Source: a virus (Duplodnaviria; Caudoviricetes). From it: 64,000 nt of DNA. The notes under the pieces were generated by a model. It had not been told where the DNA came from. It did not search any database and was given only the letters and a program-made list of their open reading frames with translations. Location of the stretch: positions 1 through 64,000 of the IMG/VR virus record IMGVR_UViG_3300031519_008340; one strand, given 5' to 3'. A program made the translations under genes and the position numbers. This document shows, one piece after another, positions 7,154 to 16,062 of this stretch; the first letter of the stretch is position 1; the number at the start of each line of letters is the position of its first letter.

Positions 7154-8284
7154 ATGGTAATGCCATGCATGTCTTACGACAAATTACAAACTATTGAGCC
7201 TGCTTATCATCCAAAATCTAAGATGGGCTTCCTGATAGATTGGTTGATAACCCTAAAATGCAATTACGATTGCTCATATTGTGGTATTGGAATTTTTGGA
7301 CACGATAACAGTCTACCACATCCTGATTATGAAAAATCTTTGCGTATGTTAAAACAATTGTATGCATATACCGATGTGATGATGATTAGTAAAAAACAGC
7401 CATTCAAAGACGCCATAATGAATATGTACGGCGGAGAAGCAATATTTCATCCAAAGTTTGTTGATATAGCAGAAGCCACTACTCGAGAGTTTGAAAAGTA
7501 TAGCGACAGATGGAGATTAAGAAGAAGAATTACAACAAACGGCACAGCAACAGTAAAAAACTGGAAGAACATTGTAAAACACATCGAAGGTGCAACTATG
7601 AGTTATCATAGCCAAGGTTCAAAAAAATTAAAAAATCTCTTCTACAAAAATTTAGAACACATCATAGATATAAAAATGCAATACGATGTTGTGGTCTTGA
7701 TGTACCCCCACGAAGACCATTGGCAAGACTGTGTTGAGTTTATGCAGTACTGTAAGAAAAATAAAATAATAGCCAGACCAAGATTGCTTGATGGCGGGCG
7801 GGGAAAATACAATAGACAACAAATAGAAGATCTTTCCGAATTTCTAAACAAAGAAGAATTAAAAAGTATCCTACCAGGTGAAAATGTTGATGGTCAAGTT
7901 AGAGCCTGTTGCGGCGGTAGACCACTTTGTACCAATAGAGATTTAAAAACACCACAAAGACTTGTTCCGCGTGGTCCTGCAGGATACAGAGGCTGGAAGT
8001 GTTCAGCAAGTCAATTTTTTATTTTTGGCAATAATGTTAACGGTCAATATTTTACTAACAAAGACTGTCATGTGAGACTAGACCAAACAAGAGGACCAGT
8101 TGCAACTATACATACTATGGATGATTATACTGACACAATGCGGAAGCAAGTTAACAATGGTTCCGGCCCTCCAATTCTCACTTGCGTTCAAGATGAATGT
8201 CTTTGTGGAACCTGTGCACCAAAGTCAAGGTCTTTAGAAAGTTTACAAGATATTATGAAAATTTACAACACTACCAAGCGTTAG
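7154..8284 (+). CDS. radical SAM protein with Cys-rich C-terminus
   Basis: CNYDCSYC (CxxxCxxC), YGGEA, ITTNG, C-terminal CLCGTC. Confidence 0.92.
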   Translation: MVMPCMSYDKLQTIEPAYHPKSKMGFLIDWLITLKCNYDCSYCGIGIFGHDNSLPHPDYEKSLRMLKQLYAYTDVMMISKKQPFKDAIMNMYGGEAIFHPKFVDIAEATTREFEKYSDRWRLRRRITTNGTATVKNWKNIVKHIEGATMSYHSQGSKKLKNLFYKNLEHIIDIKMQYDVVVLMYPHEDHWQDCVEFMQYCKKNKIIARPRLLDGGRGKYNRQQIEDLSEFLNKEELKSILPGENVDGQVRACCGGRPLCTNRDLKTPQRLVPRGPAGYRGWKCSASQFFIFGNNVNGQYFTNKDCHVRLDQTRGPVATIHTMDDYTDTMRKQVNNGSGPPILTCVQDECLCGTCAPKSRSLESLQDIMKIYNTTKR

Positions 8285-9269
8285 TAATAGGATTTTTTTT
8301 AATTTTATTAAGTAAATTTTTGAATTCAATAAGTTCTTCTGGTGCTTTAATTTCTGCAAAATTCTTTAATACATTCCAGTCTTGTATAGGATTGAAGTAT
8401 ACTGTATCTACATTATACTGACTAGCTATATCTAGCATCAAAGGCATTTCTTTCCAATTGTCTTTTTGTACAACCATATGTAGATTTAATTTAAAATTTT
8501 TTTTATTTTTTATGTCTTTAATAAATTTTAAATTTTCAATAATTTTGTTCCATTGGCCACCCCTACGTAGTTTTTCATAGGTGTTTTTAGTTGCACCGTC
8601 TATGCTGATATTAAGACTTTTAAGATTACTAAAAATGTGTTTCACTCTGTGATACATCTGTTTCACTAAAAGTCCGTTAGTTTGAAATGTGTAAGAAAGA
8701 TTAGATTTTTCTGGAACATTCCTCATGAAATATCTATACACTAATGAGGCAAACGGATCACCATCAGATCCTATATGAATGTTTAAAGGACTGTTATGAT
8801 CATTAATATATTTTATTATTTTATCAATGAGGTGCAATCTCATAGACAGCATTTTTCCTCCCTTTATGAATATAGTTTTACTACGACAACTAGGACAGGA
8901 TAGATTGCAACTGTCGTCTATAGCCAACCTTATTTCTTTTAGTGCTTTAATAGGAGTGCTTTCTGCCCATGGCACTCTTGACATATCCATGAGATACATG
9001 CATTGGTTATTGTTACAGTATCGATAAGAACCATCTGCTATGCTATCTTGGATTTGGGTTGACATTGGTGATTTTATTATATCAACCAATGCACTGGAAT
9101 TTAGATTTCCTATGCTTTGTGGCAACCATGCCTGACACTCACAAGCGTAACAAGATCCTTGCTTGTCAATTAGCACGGTATCAAACGGTCTTGGACATTT
9201 TTTTTCTAATGCCATGTTCTTGGTAGTGTCTATACCGTAATGGTCAAACATTCTTTGATTTATAATCAT
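8271..9269 (-). CDS. radical SAM protein with N-terminal SPASM/Twitch-like Cys cluster
   Basis: CPRPF...GSCYAC..C N-terminus; CNLSCPSC; GDPF; QTNG; ISIDG. Confidence 0.92.
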   Translation of the reverse strand: MIINQRMFDHYGIDTTKNMALEKKCPRPFDTVLIDKQGSCYACECQAWLPQSIGNLNSSALVDIIKSPMSTQIQDSIADGSYRYCNNNQCMYLMDMSRVPWAESTPIKALKEIRLAIDDSCNLSCPSCRSKTIFIKGGKMLSMRLHLIDKIIKYINDHNSPLNIHIGSDGDPFASLVYRYFMRNVPEKSNLSYTFQTNGLLVKQMYHRVKHIFSNLKSLNISIDGATKNTYEKLRRGGQWNKIIENLKFIKDIKNKKNFKLNLHMVVQKDNWKEMPLMLDIASQYNVDTVYFNPIQDWNVLKNFAEIKAPEELIEFKNLLNKIKKNPITNAW

Positions 9270-10426
9270 TTTTTCATAACACCGGGTTTCTTTAATTCAA
9301 AGTATACAGGCTGTGTTTGTAAGTTAAGCCAATTTTTATTTACTAGTCTTTCATTGAACCAGTTAGGATGTTTGTCTTGCATATTTTGAAGCCAGCTCAT
9401 AGCTTTCATTAAAGTCTGCCAACCTATGCTAGATGATAGAAAACTTTGATACCGCATATGGCTTTTATAACAATCGTTTATTGATCCTGTGTTTTCTGCT
9501 GATTTATTAGGCAAAATATGATCAGCAACTTTGTTGGATTTGAATTTTAATTCAGGAACACTAGAAAGTTTTACAGACCAAATTCCGTGTTTTTGTCCGT
9601 GTATTTTTTCAATATGTCTTTTGCAAATATATGCTATCTTTAATGTTAATTCTTTATTGTCAGGATCAAAAAAGAACCATCGTTGACTTGGACAAGTAAA
9701 ATTTAGATTAAAAACTCCGTCTAGGAAAGTATAAAACCAACCCTTGTCATTGTGTCCTATCTGTATGTCAGGACCAGAATATATGTTGCACACTTTCTTT
9801 AATGCTTTGTCTTTTTGTAAAATTTCTGGATAACATTCATATACCATATGACTTGACGCTGTGCCGGGATTGATTGGTTTGATACCAAAAAAATGATCAG
9901 GGTCATTTTTCACATACCAGCTGTAGTGTTGTGGAAATATTTTGTAATAATTTATTGGAACACTTGGCCAGATTTTCCTAATTTTTTTATGTTCAAGCCA
10001 TGCTGTGTAGGCAACGTTTTGTTCAATATTTTGTTCGGGCGACAACGAACCAGTAAATGATTGATAGGTTACTAATTCATCAGGTTGAACTCCAGCATCT
10101 ATAAAACTCTCTAATGTATGAGTGCTGTCGTTTCCGCCACTGGCCCAGACTCTCACATAGTCAAATTTACTTCTAATAGTTTCTGCCCTTTGCCTGTACA
10201 ATGCCTGTATATCCTCTTTGGGTTCTTGACCTTGTACATCTACACCAAATCTAAATTTTACTCTTCCCCAAATTTCGTTTGGATCATCAGTATTGCACAA
10301 CTCATATGCTTTTTTCAACGCTGATACTTTTTGATAAATTTTTTCTCCTTCAACCTCATAGTGCGGTTCTTCTGAGAATCCGTCAATTTTATTTTTTATT
10401 AATTTTATGTTTTTGTCAATAGTCAT
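9266..10426 (-). CDS. PP-loop (adenine nucleotide alpha-hydrolase-like) protein
   Basis: VRVWASGGNDS PP-loop motif. Confidence 0.7.
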   Translation of the reverse strand: MTIDKNIKLIKNKIDGFSEEPHYEVEGEKIYQKVSALKKAYELCNTDDPNEIWGRVKFRFGVDVQGQEPKEDIQALYRQRAETIRSKFDYVRVWASGGNDSTHTLESFIDAGVQPDELVTYQSFTGSLSPEQNIEQNVAYTAWLEHKKIRKIWPSVPINYYKIFPQHYSWYVKNDPDHFFGIKPINPGTASSHMVYECYPEILQKDKALKKVCNIYSGPDIQIGHNDKGWFYTFLDGVFNLNFTCPSQRWFFFDPDNKELTLKIAYICKRHIEKIHGQKHGIWSVKLSSVPELKFKSNKVADHILPNKSAENTGSINDCYKSHMRYQSFLSSSIGWQTLMKAMSWLQNMQDKHPNWFNERLVNKNWLNLQTQPVYFELKKPGVMKK

Positions 10427-11751
10427 TATAGATAGAGTGCTGTAACAGTGTTAAAAATATAAAGTAGTCTTTCACCAAGTATAAATGTAAAAATTAAAGG
10501 CATAGTGTCAAATTTTCTTAGCAGATAGCCAAAAGGTGCTAGAACAAAAAACACAATCAAATAATATATTTCTTGGAAATTTTTTAAACCAACGCTATAT
10601 AATGCCCAAAGCAGTATGAACCAAATTAATACTTTAAATAATTTTGCTGGCAACTTTTGTATGTACACAACATATTTGGCCAACGGCCATGCAACTATCA
10701 ACGCAATAAAATTTGTTATAACTAAAACCAATGCTAAATTTTCAAAAAATATTTTTGGTGTAAAGTTTTCTCCCATTACAAATCCATTAGACATTTGTAT
10801 GTCATACAATAGTGCTTCTGATGGAATCAAAGGAATTCCAAAAACCACAAGAGGTAACAACACAGTAAAAGCGGCCGCGTTGTTTGCAGTTTCCGCAGAC
10901 ACCAAACTTTGATAGTTTCCAAGTTTGTATTTTCCTTTTTTAGTTTGCCACCACTTTTCAATTGAATAACTTAGATTAGAACTCACTACTGTGCCTGTGC
11001 CGGGCAAAAAGCCAATAACAAACCCAATTACTGTGCCTCTTAAACTTGCACCAAAATGTTTGAAATATTTTTTTAATGCACGTAATTCAAAATTAGTTTC
11101 CAGTTTTATATTTTTATTTTTGTACCACGTGGTCTTTTTTGTTATTTGTGGAACAACATACAGAGCCGCTATAACACTGATCAATGGAAGTCCGGTTGTG
11201 AGATCAGGATTGCTAAATGTCATAAAACAAACGCCGTCTGCTTCTCTACAACCCACCTGGCTTAGGTAGTAGCCTACGCCTGCCATGACTGTTGCAATCC
11301 AAATACTTTTTTGACTAAAAATAATTAAAAAGACTACAAGCAACATTACAAACGCCATTATTTTTGTGTTGTACAATTGATAAATCTGTGAAAGTGTAGG
11401 AATAAAAAATGCCACTAGTCCTAGCACCAGTAGACTTCCTACAAAACTACCAATCGCACTGCCGCTGATTGCAATTGAGCCTTGGCCTTGCTGGAACAGT
11501 GCGTGTCCTTCTTTGACCGCCGGAAGACTACTGCTTTCACCTGGCAACCCAAATACAGTCGCAGTTATACTTCCTATGTACTGTGTAGTGCTTGCTAATG
11601 CTATGTAAAATGTTAAAAGTTGATATGGTTCTAAAGAATATAAAAAAGGCAACATTAACATCATGGATGTAAAAACACCCACTCCAGGTATAAAGCCGGC
11701 TATAATGCCAACTGTCACACCTGGAATAATGTATATAAGGTTTTCAACCAT
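10426..11751 (-). CDS. tctA: tripartite tricarboxylate transporter TctA-family membrane protein
   Basis: polytopic; GFIPGVG, FGLPGESS, AETANNAA, GIPLIPSEA motifs of DUF112/TctA. Confidence 0.9.
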   Translation of the reverse strand: MVENLIYIIPGVTVGIIAGFIPGVGVFTSMMLMLPFLYSLEPYQLLTFYIALASTTQYIGSITATVFGLPGESSSLPAVKEGHALFQQGQGSIAISGSAIGSFVGSLLVLGLVAFFIPTLSQIYQLYNTKIMAFVMLLVVFLIIFSQKSIWIATVMAGVGYYLSQVGCREADGVCFMTFSNPDLTTGLPLISVIAALYVVPQITKKTTWYKNKNIKLETNFELRALKKYFKHFGASLRGTVIGFVIGFLPGTGTVVSSNLSYSIEKWWQTKKGKYKLGNYQSLVSAETANNAAAFTVLLPLVVFGIPLIPSEALLYDIQMSNGFVMGENFTPKIFFENLALVLVITNFIALIVAWPLAKYVVYIQKLPAKLFKVLIWFILLWALYSVGLKNFQEIYYLIVFFVLAPFGYLLRKFDTMPLIFTFILGERLLYIFNTVTALYL

Positions 11752-11775
11752 AGTAGGTTTTCAACCATCGATGAA

Positions 11776-12669
11776 TTACTTGATCAATTTGCTAGAGTCA
11801 AGTACCCAATCGTTGATTGCCTTTTTGGTTAACTTCACTGCTTTGCTTTTTGGCATATCGTAAGTTAATTGATAAGCCTTTGCAGTTTTGTACCAAGTCG
11901 ATATTTTTGAGTCCGGGTTGTCTAAAATAGATGCAACATTTTTTCTTAGTTTTTTAATATTACCACCTTTTGACAAAAACATGTCTGCTTGTACAACTGC
12001 TGACCTTTCAAAGTCAGTTACGCTTGCAAGAGCAGTTATGCCGTTTTCTCCTTTTGGATTAGTTGTATACAATCCTTTAAGCACATTCATTTTTTTATAA
12101 ACAGAACTTGCTGAGTTAACAAAGCCTGCTTGAACTTCTTTGTTCATTACTGCTAGTACAACTGCTTTACTGTTTTTGTAAGGTATAAAATTCCAAGTAA
12201 CGCCTTTTGATTTTGCAACAGCAGTCAGATAGTCTTTGGTTGAAGCACTGTTGTAAGCAACTGTTGTGCCGTCAGTCCAAAGTTGTTCTGCACTGATTCC
12301 ATCTACGTTTGTGAAAAACATTGCATACTTTAATGCTGAGTTTACAAAATTTTTCTTAGTAGGCAACATAAAACAGTCAGCGTCTTTTTTGCCATTCAAG
12401 TTGTCTGCTGTTCTAAGTGCATTCCAGATATAAAGAACTTGTTCACCTGCTTCGGTTATTCTTTTTATGTTTGCACTGCCTTTAGCACAGCCTTTACTTT
12501 GAACAAATTCGATGTTGTAAGTGTTTGACAAATCGCTTGCCATAGCACTCAATTGTCCATTGTAACTACCGCCAGTAGACCCAGTGTTTACAATGTAAAG
12601 TTTGTCTTTTGCAAATGCCACTGTGTTTATCAATATCATTGCTAAGACTATTCCTATTGTTTTTTTCAT
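11776..12669 (-). CDS. periplasmic solute-binding protein, TctC/Bug-like
   Basis: signal peptide from M at 12669 (MKKTIGIVLAMILINTVAFA); GGSY..., IPYKNSKAVVLAVMNKEVQAG resembles TctC PYxG..A..A...GxV; adjacent to tctA. Confidence 0.7.
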   Translation of the reverse strand: MKKTIGIVLAMILINTVAFAKDKLYIVNTGSTGGSYNGQLSAMASDLSNTYNIEFVQSKGCAKGSANIKRITEAGEQVLYIWNALRTADNLNGKKDADCFMLPTKKNFVNSALKYAMFFTNVDGISAEQLWTDGTTVAYNSASTKDYLTAVAKSKGVTWNFIPYKNSKAVVLAVMNKEVQAGFVNSASSVYKKMNVLKGLYTTNPKGENGITALASVTDFERSAVVQADMFLSKGGNIKKLRKNVASILDNPDSKISTWYKTAKAYQLTYDMPKSKAVKLTKKAINDWVLDSSKLIK

Positions 12670-12734
12670 TAGTTTTTTTCCTTTAGTTCTTAGTTTTTTT
12701 AAAAAATATAAAATAACACATTTTTTAAAGTCAG

Positions 12735-12748
12735 TCAACCGCGGTTGA
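12735..12748. promoter_or_regulatory. perfect 14-bp palindrome TCAACCGCGGTTGA (operator-like)
   Basis: exact inverted symmetry; overlaps a TTGACT -35-like hexamer on the minus strand. Confidence 0.5.
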
Positions 12749-12780
12749 TCTATCTTATGCATTGTGTTTTTTTATTATTT

Positions 12781-12885
12781 GTTAGCGAGTGCTCGCATAC
12801 GACACGGCCCGGTCTTTCGGCGTTCCCTCACGGTACTTGCAGGTCATTTTTTTGTCGACGTCATTGATAAATGGCGTTACAGGAA
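12781..12885 (-). ncRNA. candidate ~100-nt ncRNA resembling 23S rRNA domain I (H23 region)
   Basis: GC-rich intergenic island; minus strand UGACC..AAGUACCGUGAGGGAACGCCGAAAGACC..CCGUGUCGUA; TAAATA at 12886-12891. Confidence 0.6.
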
Positions 12886-12924
12886 TATTTATTTTGAACC
12901 CTTTACCACGAAGTAAATATTGGT

Positions 12925-13653
12925 ATGAAACACGGATTTTATTCAGATCAAGAGATACCAGAAAGTATAGCAAAAGACAAGAAGACTATAGTAGACTATA
13001 AAACAAATTCTCATGGATACAGATGTCCAGAATGGACACCTTTACCCGTTGGTAAGAAAAACGTTGTGATACTGGGTTGCAGTCATACCTTTGGCGAAGG
13101 ATTAAATGACGGAGAGGTTTGGGTAGACAAACTTTACAACAAGATTGATAAGAGTCGTCTACGTTTTTGGAACCTAGGACAACCAGGAGCGAGTGCTGAC
13201 AAAGTTGTCAGAATATTATATGGCTGTGAAAAAGTTTTATTTCCTAAAATAATAATTGTGTGTTGGCCGTTTTGGAGTAGGCGTGAACGCTTAGATGGGC
13301 ATGCTCAAAGTCTAATGAGTCATGACGAAAAACTTAAAAAAGAAAACAAACAAACTGATAGTAATAATTTTTTAAAAAATGTTTTCTTTGTTGAAAAATT
13401 TGCTGAAAAAACAGGTGCTACAGTGCTTCATTGCTTTGCTCAAGATGTATATCAAATAGAAGGAGTAAAGATTTACAATCAAACATCAATCAAAAAATGT
13501 TGGCCTGTCTGGTCAAAAGTTAAAACTGATCATGAAAACAGAAAATTAATCAGTACTCCAAGTTTAGCCAAAGACGGTATGCATTATGGTGTTGAACATC
13601 ATAAACTGTTCAGTGAACTGTTGTTTGCTGTTTGGCAAAAATATCTAAAGTAA
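12925..13653 (+). CDS. SGNH/GDSL hydrolase-like protein
   Basis: LGCSHTFG, NLGQPGAS, DGMH (DxxH). Confidence 0.8.
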   Translation: MKHGFYSDQEIPESIAKDKKTIVDYKTNSHGYRCPEWTPLPVGKKNVVILGCSHTFGEGLNDGEVWVDKLYNKIDKSRLRFWNLGQPGASADKVVRILYGCEKVLFPKIIIVCWPFWSRRERLDGHAQSLMSHDEKLKKENKQTDSNNFLKNVFFVEKFAEKTGATVLHCFAQDVYQIEGVKIYNQTSIKKCWPVWSKVKTDHENRKLISTPSLAKDGMHYGVEHHKLFSELLFAVWQKYLK

Positions 13654-13694
13654 CATTTAATTTTAGTACACTATACGGTTAATTAAATACCACG

Positions 13695-14603
13695 ATGAAA
13701 GTTGTTATTGCAGAAGGATCAGCACACAAAGATTTATACAAAGAAAAATTAAAAAGTTTTGCTAAAGGCATTGGAATTTGCGGTGAAAAAGTTTCTTATC
13801 ATGACTTTCCAAAACCATCAAGATATGATGCCGCTGTTATCTATGGCAGTTACAAAAAATTTAGATCCTCCGGCCATCATAGGATTAAAATCAATATTGC
13901 TGAATCATTTAAAAAATATGTGCAACTTGAAACTCCTGTGATTGGTAGGTCAGCAAAATCATCTGACCATGGCTATCTACGTGTTGGAGTAAACGGTTTT
14001 TTATGGGACGAAGCAGAGTGGGGGTTTGATCATATTGATAAGGAACGATATAAAAAAGTTTGGCAAGACAACGGATACAAAATAAATCAAAGATGGAAGA
14101 CCAAAGGCAACCATATTTTAATACTTTTACAAAATCCCGGTGATGCTAGTTTACGTGGCACAGATATTTTTAAATGGTGCTATGAGGCTATAGAGGAAAT
14201 ACAGAAGTATAGTGATCGACCCATTGTTGTTAGACCACACCCATTGCCGAGAAAAGGATTTGAGGCTTTTGCAAATTCAATTTCATTGTTTGAAAACGTC
14301 ACAATGGTGGAAAACGTTTTACCTCACAACTTGAGACCACTAGAGAAAGATTTTAAAAATTGTTACTGTGCAGTATCTTATGCATCAGGTTCGGCAGTTG
14401 ACGCTGTACTAGCAGGCATACCAAGTTTAACTAATGACCCTGGCAACATGGCTTGGGAAGTCAGCAGGCACGAGTTCAAAGACATTGAAAACAGATACAT
14501 TGGCGATAAGATTGATTGGATGAAAAAAATTGCTATGTGTCAGTGGAGTATTGCTGAATTTGAATCAGGCGAATGTTGGAATCACATTAAGAAAAGTCTT
14601 TAG
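13695..14603 (+). CDS. GT-B glycosyltransferase, capsule polysaccharide biosynthesis-like
   Basis: ILLQNPGDAS, IVVRPHP, SGSAVDAVLAGIP, QWS..E..SG..W. Confidence 0.75.
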   Translation: MKVVIAEGSAHKDLYKEKLKSFAKGIGICGEKVSYHDFPKPSRYDAAVIYGSYKKFRSSGHHRIKINIAESFKKYVQLETPVIGRSAKSSDHGYLRVGVNGFLWDEAEWGFDHIDKERYKKVWQDNGYKINQRWKTKGNHILILLQNPGDASLRGTDIFKWCYEAIEEIQKYSDRPIVVRPHPLPRKGFEAFANSISLFENVTMVENVLPHNLRPLEKDFKNCYCAVSYASGSAVDAVLAGIPSLTNDPGNMAWEVSRHEFKDIENRYIGDKIDWMKKIAMCQWSIAEFESGECWNHIKKSL

Positions 14604-15222
14604 TATATCCGTATTTTTCAAAAGTAATTTTTTGAGAGTCATACAAACTATCTATTTCATATTGAGAAAGTGCTTTTGTTCTCTCCATGGTGCCCATTAT
14701 TTTAGCCCTGTGCATTTCTTTGCCTTTACCTAGTATCTGTGAGACGTCGTGTGGTTCATTAACTTCGTCAAGGATACGTAACAAATCTTTCTCAACAGAT
14801 TCTGCTTGTCCAATTAAAATTTTATCTCCGTAAGTTCCTACGTACATATTAAAATATTCTTGTATCCAGTTTGGATTTGCACAAACATTTTTGACAAATT
14901 TATGCCAATTGTTATGACCAATTTTTTCTAAAGGAAACTTATCGCCAAACCAATGTCCATTAGTTGCATAAGCAGATTTTTTTCTCATTCTGTGATTGTG
15001 TAAACTTGCTAGCCATGTGATTGGATGTCTTACAAATGCAAAAGGTTTTTTGTTGCCAAGTTCTTGCCACGTGGGTGCGTAATGCTCGTGATTTTTTTCT
15101 CCCAGTATGCCTTTATATTCTCTGTCTGTGATGGTTGTAGATGTTTGCAGATGTTTTTTGATCCATCTGCCTGCACACTTTGGTGTGTGAACGAAACAAC
15201 TTTTAGTTAGAAAAAAGGCCAT
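14587..15222 (-). CDS. sulfotransferase-family protein
   Basis: FVHTPKCAGRWI (5'-PSB loop-like) and FAFVRHP (3'-PB). Confidence 0.75.
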   Translation of the reverse strand: MAFFLTKSCFVHTPKCAGRWIKKHLQTSTTITDREYKGILGEKNHEHYAPTWQELGNKKPFAFVRHPITWLASLHNHRMRKKSAYATNGHWFGDKFPLEKIGHNNWHKFVKNVCANPNWIQEYFNMYVGTYGDKILIGQAESVEKDLLRILDEVNEPHDVSQILGKGKEMHRAKIMGTMERTKALSQYEIDSLYDSQKITFEKYGYTKDFS

Positions 15223-16033
15223 TCTGTTTTACAAATTTGGTCAAGTGAGCGCCCCACTTTTTGTGTCCTTGCGGATTTGGGTGAGCATCGCTGATTGATT
15301 TGCCTAGTCCGTTTTTGGCCACGTATTCAAAATGACTCTGAGTATACTTTCCATCGAATGAATATCTGTGTTCGGAGCTTGATCTATTTTTCTGTTGCAT
15401 TTCTATCATTTTTTTTGCTGTAGGTGAAGGCTCAAAATTAAAAAAATGTTTTTTGTCTATGGCATCTCTCAATGTTTTTAACTGTGGTCGTTTTATACCA
15501 TTCACCGAGTCAACAGGACAGTCATTGGTCAATGCATGATACATCACGTATTTAATTTTATGTAATTTAAAAAATGTTTGTAGCATATAGATCTGTGTAT
15601 AAAGTTTTACAGCATGAGTCAGCTCAAGATCCATTGAACCTTTTGTCACGCTCCAGTCCATAAAAAATCTTGAAGGTTCTGTGTCTGGCAAAGCTAGATG
15701 CCATGTTTGCCACTGCCAATCAAAACTTTTGTGTACACCCTTAAACACTTTTGCATTGTGAGCATCTTCTGGTGTAATTTTAATACAATAGTCCCAACGA
15801 TAAGGAGTTGTCCACCCTATGGACACAGTAGTGTCCTTTATCCTTTCTGGGTACTGTATAAAAAATTGCATGGTTGTTTGAACAATACGATCGTTGCCTC
15901 TACCACCTTTGGCACAATTAAACATATTCTCTTTTACCACGCCGTGATTGTGAGCCAGCCACTGATGAGCACTGTATGATTTTTTCTTTGTGCTAAAACT
16001 GCAACCGTTACTGAAATGATATTTTACTGACAT
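15203..16033 (-). CDS. SGNH hydrolase-like protein
   Basis: SNGCSFS, GGRGNDRI, DAHPNPQGH. Confidence 0.8.
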   Translation of the reverse strand: MSVKYHFSNGCSFSTKKKSYSAHQWLAHNHGVVKENMFNCAKGGRGNDRIVQTTMQFFIQYPERIKDTTVSIGWTTPYRWDYCIKITPEDAHNAKVFKGVHKSFDWQWQTWHLALPDTEPSRFFMDWSVTKGSMDLELTHAVKLYTQIYMLQTFFKLHKIKYVMYHALTNDCPVDSVNGIKRPQLKTLRDAIDKKHFFNFEPSPTAKKMIEMQQKNRSSSEHRYSFDGKYTQSHFEYVAKNGLGKSISDAHPNPQGHKKWGAHLTKFVKQNGLFSN

Positions 16034-16062
16034 GCCAATATTTATTGCTTAAATAATTAGTC

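Noticed and set aside
12781-12891. A real rRNA gene or host rRNA contamination
   Set aside because: Similarity is confined to short ordered blocks within ~110 bp, with deletions and phage genes and promoters on both sides; there is no continuous rRNA sequence.
12782-13001. Short ORFs 12782..12973 and 12789..13001
   Set aside because: They overlap the structured-RNA candidate and the 12925 gene, have no start signals, and show non-protein-like composition.
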